Positions 1 through 11,223 of a stretch of 64,000 nucleotides of DNA are shown one piece after another. Each line of letters starts with the position of its first letter. Position 1 is the stretch's first letter. This DNA comes from Utricularia gibba (Eukaryota; Plantae; Magnoliophyta). The position numbers and the translations under genes were made by a program. The DNA lies in contig CM007990.1 in the NCBI GenBank assembly GCA_002189035.1, positions 3,596,001-3,660,000 on the forward strand, written 5' to 3'. Under the pieces are notes generated by a model. That model had not been told where the DNA came from, made no database searches, and worked only from the letters and a program-made list of their open reading frames with translations.

Positions 1-520
1 GTCAAATTATCTTCTAAGAGAATTAATTTTTAAGAATCACTTCACAATTGTAATTGAAATTATAATTATACCATAACTAATTTTTAAATTATAATTTTAA
101 TATAAATATTGTTAAGTTAAAATCATAACATAAATTATAATTTAAAAATCATATAATATTTCTATAATAGAAATAGTATATAAAAATATTTTTTAATTAT
201 AAAGTTATAAAATATAATTAATAATATATATGAATAAATATGTTATTTAATTATCAAAATCAATTCTGATTTTTTATATTCCAAATATGAATTATTTTAT
301 AGTAATAATTATAAAAAATACTTTCAAATATATATCGATTCTAATTCTATTAAAATTTTCAATTATATTGAAATCAATTTTAGAATGATTTTTCCCAACA
401 TGGCCTAAACGTTTCATGTTAGTGTGCCGAAAAAGAAGTAAGGATGAATACTTCTTGAGCTTCAAAACTTAGAAAGACGTCACATAATTACAATTTTAAT
501 TTAAATGAAAATATAGAGAT

Positions 521-706
521 TTATTGTGTATGCACACCCACCCCCATAGGGTATATTATTAATTGTGTGTATGCGTGTATTTGCATTAAAATAAATAAAT
601 AAAATAAACAATGCAGTGCGCTACGCCATCGACTGATTGGGGGTAATTGCGCTGACGGCCGATAATATTGTTCTGACCATCACCTACCCCAACCCAACTC
701 AACCCA
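521..706 (+). repeat. Left copy of a direct repeat flanking the PMD-MULE
   Basis: TTATTGTGTATGCACACCCA...CACCTACCCCAACCCAACTCAACCCA is repeated, with substitutions and small indels, at 6357-6526. Confidence 0.9.
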
Positions 707-1359
707 GAAAAAGCAATATAAATAATATTGTTCATTAAAATCATTATATTAATAATGTTATGCGCCACTAGCAGTGGCGCTTTTATATGCACAATGAGTG
801 GTGCCATCAATGATGGAGTCTTCTCTAAGGCACCTTAGGTAAGGCACCGTCCGTGATGGCGCATTAGATAAGCCACCATACGTGATGGTGCTATAGATCT
901 GCTAAGCCCATACTTCTTCTTCTATATATATCTCACATATTAACAATTTTTTTCATTCATCTTCAAAGTTGAATAGAATCGGAGTTGAAGAAAATTTTGG
1001 TAATATCGTTTTTTCATTTTATAGTATTATTTATTTAAATTTTTATATTTCATAATAATTATACAATAATTGATTACATATATTTGTTTTACCATTTCAA
1101 AATGGATAAATACACTAGCGATTTTTTTTCATTTTTTTGGAATGCCATGTGATTTGCCCTACAATGAGGGTGAAAGTTCGCATACTCCTTCATGGCCTTG
1201 CACCAATATACCAAATGTCAATTATGGAGGTACTTATTTAATTACATATGTTAAGACATCCATTTTTTTATACTTATAATAATTAATTGTATTGTAGGTG
1301 TATCTTCAAGTCTTCAATTATCATTATCTTTAAATCATGATAACAATCCAAGTGTAAAC

Positions 1360-3540
1360 ATGGCTGAAGGATTCCCCATAGAAGGTAATTTTAGTGAGAT
1401 TAAGTCTTAATATATAAAATTATTATCATTAATTTTTTTTAAGATATAGTCGACCTTGATGATGACGGTGGAGACACCGACTCGATTGAGGATTTTGAAG
1501 CCCTACCAACAAATGTTTGTGAGGACGAAGCACTAGAGACTGGAATTGAGGCACCTCGTGCAGTACAATTGCCCGGATCTCACTCTCGACAATTCTCTGG
1601 GGTGTTTCGTGAGGGAGGAATACTCTCTATCCAAAACAATTTGGTAAACACTTTCGTATCCGAAGAATTTAAATATGGTGGCAAATATAAGCGATACGAT
1701 GAGAAGGTACATGTGCTGAATAAGGAAATTGCATTTGCTAGTAAAGTTCATTCCCAATATTGTGTTGCCCACTATCATATAAAACGAGGATATGAATTCA
1801 TTGTTCATGTTAGTCAGCCCACATTCTGGGAGGGCAAATGTGCTCGTGCTAACATGGATCCTAAGTGTTAATGGCGCACAAAGATTATGCGATCTGCACG
1901 TGATGGAGTTTGGCAAGTATCAGTTTGTGACTTTCCACATACTTACATGGCATATATGGATGGAGCGCAACATCGCAACCTTTCTGGTTTATTCATTGGA
2001 TATGAACTTATGCATACTGCGCATAGAGAAGGAGGTATAATTTAAATATTTCTTATTTTTTTTTACATAGTTTATATTTTTAATAACTTTTCTTTGTTGT
2101 AGATATTAAGATTGCAGATACTCGAAAATGTATTTTTGAAAAATATCAAAAGAAGATTACTTATAAACGTGTATGGTATGGTGCTCAACTTACTTTTGAA
2201 TTGGTCTATGGAACATGCAAATCATCAGTGCAAAAGCTACCTGCATTATTTCTGGCAATCACACAATTCGATCCGGGTATAGTGGTCTCTTGGGACTGCT
2301 TTCCCATTATTGCAGGAGATGATCATAAAATCATACACTATGTTTTTTGGGCCTATGGTCCCTTTATTCGAGCATTCAAGTTTTTCAGGCCTGTTGTTAT
2401 GGTCGATGCCACCTTTTTATATGGACATTATGACTACAAGTTGCTCGTAGCCACTACCAAGGATCGAGGTGGTCACATCCTACCGTTAACCTATGCATTC
2501 ATCGACGAGGAGAGTAGAAATGCATATCTTTGGTTTATAGATTTGCTAGATGAACATTTTTTTTGTCGAGGCTAGGGTAGTATAATCTCGGACAGAGCTG
2601 CAGGCATGCTTGCAACTGTGAGGAATTACGCTGGGTTTCAAGAAGGCCGTCTGGCCCACTTTTGATGTTTGCGTCATTACGTTTCCAGCTTCAACAAGAA
2701 GTTTGGAAGCAAAATACTTAAGCAAATGGCTTACAACGCCGGAGCAACCTGTGATCCAAGAAAGATGATGATGTACCTCAAAAGGATTCAAAAGAAAAAT
2801 ATGATGGCTTATGCATGGTTCTTTGAGCCGGAAAATGGTCCATATGAGAGATGGGCACTCTCATATGATTCAGGTAGACGTTACGGGAATCTAACTTCTA
2901 ATGCAATAGAGATCATGAACAACGTTCTCAAGGTTTGCCGTCGGTTTCCCTCATATACAATTGTTGAAACTACGTTGTACAAGTCAGCTACCATCCTCCA
3001 CGAGCGTAAAGAGGAGATCACCTCGATGACAGAAAACCACCAAATATTATGTTTGAGGTTAATTAATTTCGAGTATTTTTAATGTTTATTATTTTACTTT
3101 ATCTATAACACTTGTTATCTATGTATGTAGGCGCTCTCAGATGAGGCAAAACGTGAACGAGCTAAGACACACAAGGTGCGTCAATTCGAGACGGCGAATA
3201 TGTCATTTCAGATTGAAGTTGTCAGCCATGGGAAAGGGAGACGCTATCGTTATAAAGTGATGCTTTGTAATCAGACTTGTTGTTGCAGAAAGTGGACTAA
3301 GTATAGTGTTTCATGCTCTCATGCTGTTGCTGCTGCTAAAAAGATGAAGGTAAGTGTCGACGTTCTCATGATTAGTCTCGATATATTGCATGCATTGAGA
3401 CAAACATATAGTGAAGAGGTTTTCAATCCTCTTGACTCTGATACCTATGTCCCTTACTCGGGCTGGACCTTATACCATGATCCTACACGCCGTCGGACTA
3501 TTGTTGGCAGATAGAGTCACACAAGAATACACAATGAGAT
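1360..3540 (+). pseudogene. MuDR/mudrA-type transposase with MULE DDE domain and SWIM zinc finger; stops and frameshifts
   Basis: RPVVMVDATFLYGHYDYKLLVATTKDRGGHILPLTYAFIDEES (MULE domain), ISDRAAGM..CLRHYVSSF, LTSNAIEIMNNVLK, and SWIM CCCRKWTKYSVSCSHAVAA, split across several ORFs. Confidence 0.9.
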
Positions 3541-3868
3541 TAATTGGGGAGTGAATCCACCACTAGCAGAATAGTCTGATAAATTTTGTTTTTTTTTATT
3601 TGAACTTTGATTAATTGCTAGTTGCAGTTATTTATTTTGGATATTTTATTTATCATTGTTTTCAAACTACTTTCATAAAAATAGCTTATTTGATAACAAC
3701 AAAACACATCTAATCATGCCTACGCTGCCGTGATGATGATGGACGGGTCGCATCATGTGGACCACTATATGGTGGTGGAAATGGGAATCTCCAGTACCCA
3801 TGTCCCCTCCCAGCACAAGACTGGCTTGATCCTGCATGGGGCATCATGAACTGCAGGTAAGGAGGCTG

Positions 3869-5750
3869 CTAAGAATATGACGGAGTCATAGCCAAGAGTG
3901 GTGGTCGCACATAGGAAGGAGCCTCGCATGTTGATGATCTAGTCATTGGTGCTGCATACTGTTGAAACAACTCTACATTGAAATCCTCGTATGCTTGGTC
4001 CATGTGAACCTGTGCAAGGTCATCATCACTAGGTAGTGGTGAGTGATGTGCCACGAGTGACTGGCTCCATCCAAGCTGCTGGCTAAGACCCTCAAATGCC
4101 CACGTTGCTTCTTGATCTCCAGCACGAAATCTATCTAGATGTGCGACCTGAAAACAAACAAGATATCAAAAATAAGTTTACACGATCTAACTCATATTTG
4201 CACAGAGGATTATTTTACCGCATAAGATATCTGTTCTGCATCTCCACCTCGATATCCATCACCCTTCTCTCGTCTTCTTCCAAGATACAGCTACGCGTGC
4301 GGCCTATACCAAGTCATGTACGCCGCCTCAGACACTATAGGGATGTCATGCATCTGGAGAATGTGAGTGTGCCTAGATGCCCACAAACCTATACGTGCAG
4401 CATGCTCCAACGTTCAATCAGTATCGTAGGAGTATCTGGTAAACTTATGTTCTGCAAGATATCGATCTGGAGGGAGTGGAATAACACGGCCACATCCAAA
4501 CTGACGAGAAACTCGATCAGGGCAATGGGGCTCCACTCGAGATGCATATATCATCGGACCGACATACTGCCAAAGCATATGATCACATTCCGGAACACAG
4601 TAAATGTATATCCTTGTAAGGAGTCCACTCAAACTATCCAAAAAATAATGAAATGTGTGTAATGACAATATCCACGGTTCAACGAAAAATAAATTTATAT
4701 GATAACAGCGTACCTCGTCATCCCCGCAAACCAAATCAAGTGTGTCACGGATTGGCTCTAACTTGTTAGAGATCACATTTGAGTGGTCGAGCCAACCTTC
4801 AAACCTCCAATCATACACGGACGGTTTAAACCCTTCGCCCTCCCAATATACATCGTGTGGGAAATGACGCTTCAGTATAGGACGTAGAGATGAGATCCCA
4901 GTATATGCCCACAACTGCATAAAAAACATTATAATATGATAAATTTTAACATATATAATACTAGTAGAGAAATCAAGAAATGGAACCTGAAGAAGACGAT
5001 GGGCACCACCCATTGTAACTCGCCTAAGCGCATACAAATCAAGTTCGCGATACAAATTCGCTAGAACAGCTGTCCCCCAACTAGTAGTCATCCAGCAATC
5101 TTGATCTGCCATCCAATCAAAGACACTCAACTTGGCATGGTTACCGGTGGCATCCTAGAAAAAAACCCCGCAATAGACTAATAGTACCACTGCACGAGCA
5201 AGACGTACAACTTCCTCCTTTGGAGTCTTCGTTGTGATACCAATATATGTATCATCAATGTATGTCTAAAGTCCAGTCATAATGAACTGTGAATCACCAA
5301 CAATGAAGATCTCCTCGGGCTCCCATACAAACTGTTCGACACATAGTTCGCGCCATTGCTGTGTTGCGCATTTTGTGTGTGTGCGAACCATCGGTATACC
5401 ATCAATACAAAGACCCCACAACATAGAAACATTTTGGAAAGTGATAGTGGCCTCTCCACATGGTAAGAAGAAGGTGTGCGTCTCTGGACGCCATCTCTCT
5501 ACTAAAGCTGTGAGTAAATTGGGGTATGTTTCCATTCGTAATGTCTTAAGAATTCCATAAAACCCTAATTATCGAGATATGTCACAGTCATCTCCTCCCA
5601 TAATCTGCCTGCCAAGAATTTGTAACTGTGTTTGAATTGCATCATTTTAGGGTCTGATCCTTGTAATAGACCATAAGTAATGTGCTGCTGCTGCATATCC
5701 AATAGGTTCGGATCCTCAGGACCATGAACTCTTAAACGTAAGTACATGTC
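3869..5750 (-). pseudogene. Plant mobile domain (PMD, aminotransferase-like; MAIN/MAIL-like) gene, decayed and intron-containing
   Basis: LLTALVERWRPETHTFFLPCGEATITFQNVSMLWGL, SWGTAVLANLYRELD, LLQ|LWAY, VEPHCPDRVSRQFG: hallmark PMD motifs. Frameshifts and in-frame stops present. Confidence 0.88.
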
Positions 5751-6356
5751 AATCTACAAAAAAAAAACATTACATAGTTAACAAGAAATAATATAATAAA
5801 TTAATAAATTAAATATATTAGTCAATAATAAAAACATATTATTCATAAAAAAAATCTTACGTCAATGTACAAAAAAATTTAAAACAAATTGATAAATATC
5901 ATTTATATAATAAAAAAACCATGACATTAATAAACAAAATAATTCATCAAACAATACAAAAAATTAAATAACTAACTTGATTGTTTTCATGCAATCAAAA
6001 AATTAAAATATCAAAACTTACGAATATAAAAACATATATAAAAATTTCATAATCTTACCCTTGTAATCAAAATGTTTTTTGATCACAATTTTACAATTGT
6101 AGGATATGAAGAACGATCGTGATATTTATAAAAAGAATGTAATAATAAGACAAGTGAGGTTGCATAGTAAATGAAACCTAGGTGACATCACTGATGGTTC
6201 CATGCTATGTGAACTCCTAGGTGACATCACTGATGACGTTCTTCAGCATACTATTCTAAAGTGTCATCAATGATGGCGTGTTAGACAAAGTGGCTATTAT
6301 TATTAATATATTGTATTTATTAATCAATATTATTTATGTTAAATAAATATAGCGTT

Positions 6357-6526
6357 TTATTGTGTATGCACACCCATCCCCACATGGTATATTATTAATT
6401 GTGTGTATTAGTGTATTTGCATTAAAATAAATAAATAAAATAAACAATGCATTCATCTACTGACTGGGGGTAATTGTGCCAGCGGCCGAGATCTGACCGT
6501 CACCTACCCCAACCCAACCCAACCCA
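6357..6526 (+). repeat. Right copy of the direct repeat flanking the PMD-MULE
   Basis: Same orientation and sequence as 521-706; starts immediately after the right TIR. Confidence 0.9.
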
Positions 6527-6837
6527 ACCATGACGGACAGCCTGACATCATCCCCGTCCCGTCCCGATTAACTTTCCTGGGTTTAACAAAAAATTATAAT
6601 TTTTATTTTTTAAATATTTAAAATTTAATGAAAAATATTAAATTTGATTTAATTTATTATAAAAAAGTTGATGGGCGTTTTAGCTTTCCTTTTTTATTAT
6701 TATTCCATTTTTTGCAAGAAAAAATTGAAATTGAAGGCACGAGAGTTACAACATCCAGTAACTAACAATTGATATGTACTGTTTTTTTTAGAGGGGCAAA
6801 AAGCAAAGTGTGTATACTAGGGGCTAGAGGGTAGGGG

Positions 6838-8208
6838 CTAGGAAGGGAGGACATTTGGTTGGCAATCCCTATGAACCGAAGAATCTAAAGGGAAGGAACA
6901 TATGTGCTTCATCACTGCTGCAGACACCAAATCCTGATCGCCGCTTGCCCGCCTCACCAGACCCCAACTCTGGTTCACAAAGCCCGTGGAGCTCCACTCG
7001 CCCATCGTCTCGTCCGAGACCATCAAACGGACGTCGTTGAGCGTGAACTGGTTCTCCACCAGCTGATTCAACACCACCGACTCGCTCACCGAGTTCTTCC
7101 GCCTCCGCTGCAACGCCGCATTCACGATGTGTATGAGCATCGCGTTGGACAGGCGTCGAACCCCTTTGGAGCCGCCCAGTATGATGCCCGGGTGAACCCA
7201 TTTCGAACGCGGCGGCGCCGGCGGCGGACTTTTCTTGACGTGGCGGCCTCGGTAGAGAACGACGGATTCGGGCAGGTGGATCCGGAACCGGGTGAGCGGG
7301 TCGCCGACCAGCCAAACTGCCTTCGGGTCGAGTAGCATCATGTGCTTGAAATTGCGTCTGACCCGCCCGAGCAACATCGGGTAGCAAGCCCATCTTCTCA
7401 AGCTCATTGGAGCGTGATCCACGAACCCGGATAGAGAATTTTCCGGGTCAAGCTCCTCTGCTTCAAATCCAACCACAGACCCGTAACTCGGCCGGTTCAA
7501 TTCAGTGTCGGTGTCGCTGCCGCCGCCGATCCCTGGATGCGCTTTTGTTCTTTTACCCCAAATGGGTTCCCCTCTATCCCTCGCTTTCCGGCTGGCTTTC
7601 ACGAACTGGGCCACATCGAAACTCGCCGGAAACTGTGAATCGTTTCTCAAATTCAAACTGTACTGCGACAGAATTTTCCAAAAACGATCATTCTCCTGAA
7701 TAATCACATCGTCTATTGAGGGTTTCCTCGTCGGGAAAACGAACACGAGATCGGATCTCGAAGCGGCGCCGGAGCGAAGAAACAAACGAATAAACAGTCT
7801 CAATTCATTCAACACCAGAGACTCAACGGCGTGAACCACAACGACGTCGGTCATTGCGACAGTACCCCTTCTATACAGAGTCCCCATTCCCTGCAAAGCT
7901 TGGGGCAAATGCGCTTTCTCAACAAGCACCCTTCTGGACTCGCCGTGGATTCGGCGGGTCGACGGCGGCAGAGTAGAGACAGTGAAGACAAGCGCGGCGG
8001 CGAACAGTAGCAGAAGGCATATGAATGCGGTGGTTTGGGCTCTGACTAGTATGTGTCCCAAGAGCGCACGGCGGAGAGGCGAACAAAAGGGGCTGAATTT
8101 GTGTCGGCGGCGGGTGTCCTGGTCGTCTCCGGGGAAGAAAACAAGAAGGAATCCCATTCCGAATCCGGCGTCGCCGCCTGGTGCGGCGGTGGTCCTCACG
8201 AATCCCAT
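6838..8208 (-). CDS. Intronless plant-specific type II membrane protein of unknown function (456 aa), possibly GT-A-fold glycosyltransferase-like
   Basis: Uninterrupted, GC-rich 456-codon ORF. N-terminal GMGFLLVFFP motif, hydrophobic TM segment (AFICLLLLFAAALVFTVSTL), and conserved-looking blocks LRRWACYPMLLGRVRRNFKHMMLLDPK..GDPL and HPGIILGG. Confidence 0.88.
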   Translation of the reverse strand: MGFVRTTAAPGGDAGFGMGFLLVFFPGDDQDTRRRHKFSPFCSPLRRALLGHILVRAQTTAFICLLLLFAAALVFTVSTLPPSTRRIHGESRRVLVEKAHLPQALQGMGTLYRRGTVAMTDVVVVHAVESLVLNELRLFIRLFLRSGAASRSDLVFVFPTRKPSIDDVIIQENDRFWKILSQYSLNLRNDSQFPASFDVAQFVKASRKARDRGEPIWGKRTKAHPGIGGGSDTDTELNRPSYGSVVGFEAEELDPENSLSGFVDHAPMSLRRWACYPMLLGRVRRNFKHMMLLDPKAVWLVGDPLTRFRIHLPESVVLYRGRHVKKSPPPAPPRSKWVHPGIILGGSKGVRRLSNAMLIHIVNAALQRRRKNSVSESVVLNQLVENQFTLNDVRLMVSDETMGEWSSTGFVNQSWGLVRRASGDQDLVSAAVMKHICSFPLDSSVHRDCQPNVLPS

Positions 8209-11200
8209 TCCAAAATGGGTTCCAACAAAGAAAGAATTTATGGCTTTTGGATGCTCGATGCTTTCTTTAATGGCGTCTCCTCCCTTCCTCTTGTCCCCTC
8301 CCCGATCCTTCTTGTATTGGAGCCCCCCGGCCCCGGCCCCCTCTCACGACAGTAGAAGAATGAATGCTGATGGGGCTGTTAACAAATCATCATCATCATT
8401 GGCGTCTAAATTGTCGTTAACTCTTCTTCTTTATCAACACCAAAACCAATAATATTCATTTTTTGTTTTTTTTTAAAAATAAAAAGGAGGGTGGAATATT
8501 TCCCATCTCACACACCTCACATGGATAATGGACTGTCATGTACATAACTGCAAGCTATGATCATCCACATCATTCTCCTCCATAGATTGTAAATACTGTT
8601 TTGATAATAGGAAAATGTATGGACAAGACAAGCAGAGTACGACGACGTTTTAATGATCCATTTTTGGCGCGTGCCAACACTTACCCTTAAGAAATTTCTC
8701 CATAATTTGAACTCTCGCCTGCGATTGAACTCCAAGGGGATCTTGATAGGCCGAATTTTGAAATTCAACTTCTTTAAGCATTACGAGATTTAGAGAAGAA
8801 ACATTGAATAAATCAGGATGGAGCGGGCATTGATTAAGTGCTGGTGAATATAATATAGATAAAATAAATAAAAATGTGTTTGATAGATGGTTTTAGAAAA
8901 TATTGATTAAATTGTATATTATTTGAAATGATAACTATACACTCTAATTAAATATTCTTTTTCAAATATAGAAAGAAAACCCTGTTCTCTAAATGAGTAA
9001 ACAAATATTTTATCGTATAACAAACGTAAATTTTAAATTATTTGTATAATAAAATATTCAAAAAACAGAAAATTTCGAATATTTTACAAATAACAATATT
9101 CATTTATAAATTCTTTATGAAACTAAGATATTTTACAAAAAAAATATTGTCTTGTGACAGATATTAGGGTATCGCGTATAAAAAAAGTCTTGTGTTGAAT
9201 TCTTTATGTAACGCAAAATGCATCCCTCCCATTCTGTTGGATTGTGTGCCATATCATTTTTGTACATAAGTGAGCTTAATGCTATCTGAAAAAGTGGCTG
9301 TCAAACTTAGAAACTTAGGCATTAAAGCTCAAGGTTAATTTAGTCCATTTTCATAAAATATTTATAATTTACCTACTAAATATATTAATTTATTAATATA
9401 AAACTAGGACGAAATGCGTGCTATCACGATGATACTTCATATGTGGTTAGACTTTCAGCTATGGATACCCAGCCTAGGAAACTAAATCATTGTTTAAGTC
9501 TCTTTGAAAATATGGTTAAACTATATTTTGTTTCATGAACATCTTTGATAACTCAATCTTTATCAACGAATATGTTCATTCTTTTTTTACTAAATTATAT
9601 ATGTTGTGCTTGACTAAGAAATTCTTATTGGATCAGAATCATTTATCTGGAATCCAAGTTAAGCTGATCCAAGTTAACAAGGTCCAAGTCAAGTTACATG
9701 TTTCCAACTAACATGAAATGGAGTAAGTGGATGTTGAAGTTAAGGATCTAATGAATCAAACGAGTGACACATGAAGTTTAAGTATATAAGAAACGTGAAT
9801 TATATTAAAAAAGATTAGGTTTAATCAATTATTAGTGATTCATTATTTTTATATACTTTATTATTTCACTTTCAAATTTTAATATGAGATTACTTGTTAT
9901 AATAACTATCCTTAAATCAAATTGGTCTTTGGTTTGATTAAAATTTGTTTTTTTGTAATTATAAATCATATTTAGATTATATATTGATTTGATTTTTGTC
10001 GTCCAAGTTCAATGCATCTTCTTTTATTTTTTATTGAAATTCAAATCAATACGAAATTCATCTTGATCATCCAAATCATGCCGCAAAGCAAACACCTTGA
10101 TATTATGTTAAAATTTAGAATTCAATAAATTAAACAAGTAACAAATAAAATCTAAGTATACAAAAAACGTAAATTACATAAAAAAAGATTAAACATAACA
10201 AATTATTAGTAATCTACAATTCATGAAACTACTATAGACAAAATAATCCACTGAAAAGATAGCATAAAATGAAGAGTGGTCAGTCCAGGAATTTGTCTTG
10301 AAAATTACCATTGCGATAGGTGAATAAAAAAAAGCTCCTGTTCTCATCTAGATTGTGAAAGAGCAACTAGACGAGTTTTTCTTTGCTGATCATGTTGATT
10401 GTAATGTGTGTGCGAAGTCCTCTTTGTGAATTTCCATAATTCGGTGGTGTGACCCGAACCCAAGTGTTTCCTTTTGCAGATTTACTCCCTAAAAATCTTG
10501 ATGCTCTCTTTGATTTAGTACATACAAAAGTATAAAAATCCATACAATATATCGTATTAGAAAAATATTGAATCAACCCCGAGTAATCGACTGAACCGGT
10601 TGAATTTCAAAGATCGGTAAAGAGTTTCGGACCCTATTTAGGCGCAGTTTGAAAGCATTGGATTAGCTTTAATGAGCTCACTTATCCATTAGTCATATCT
10701 GGGCCTGGCATTGCAATCTCATTCCCAGCAAACAAACTCTTCGGAGAAGAAGCGACACTGAGAAATTTGGTTTCTCATAAAAAAGAGTACTCGCTAAGTG
10801 GAGGTGTTCATTGCTTTTCCAGACCCTAACCATGCTCTCAGAGTGTTTCATGGTATCTTGACCTTAAAAAAATGAGCAATCAGGCACATATCGAACACGC
10901 CGAGTTCTGGTCAGTTAACAGTAGAAGAATGCTCTTGGATATTTAAAGAACACTGCATGTATGCTCCTATGTCTGACTTGATAAAATCTGCTCCCAAAGT
11001 GCTTCTCCGATCCCACGGTGTTTCTCCCATATTTCACTTTGATTCTGTGTAGCAAGCTGTTTAAGTAGTTTTGTTCACTTACAAAACAAGTGATTTCCGC
11101 CCAACTCATGGTGTCCATAATGTTCTTCGAGCTTTCGAGAGGTTGCCTTTTCAAGGGAACGCATTATTCTGTATGCAGCCAGCGTCTCCATTCCACCGTC

Positions 11201-11223
11201 ATCGCCTTCCATCCCACGTATTG

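Larger units (their letters stand above)
707..6356. mobile_element. Mutator-like element (MULE) with convergent mudrA and PMD genes, decayed
   Basis: Imperfect TIRs: 707-770 GAAAAAGCAATATAAATAATATTGTTCATTAAAATCATTATATTAATAAT..GCCAC aligns, with one ~11-bp indel, to the reverse complement of ~6290-6356. Inside are a MuDR transposase (+) and a PMD gene (-). No 9-11 bp TSD found. Confidence 0.8.

Noticed and set aside
686-706. (AACCC)n runs here and at 6506-6529 as telomere-like repeats
   Set aside because: Not the plant CCCTAAA unit, only 3-4 copies, and part of the direct repeat.
6855-8452. Several overlapping or antisense ORFs (e.g. 6869-7393, 6904-7335, 7982-8452)
   Set aside because: Shadow frames of the GC-rich 6838-8208 gene; no recognisable motifs.
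8517-8800. Small ORFs, a strong AG/GTAAGT donor (~8683) and an E2F-like TTTGGCGC site upstream of the unknown gene
   Set aside because: No homology or partner exon can be established, and single short motifs are expected by chance.
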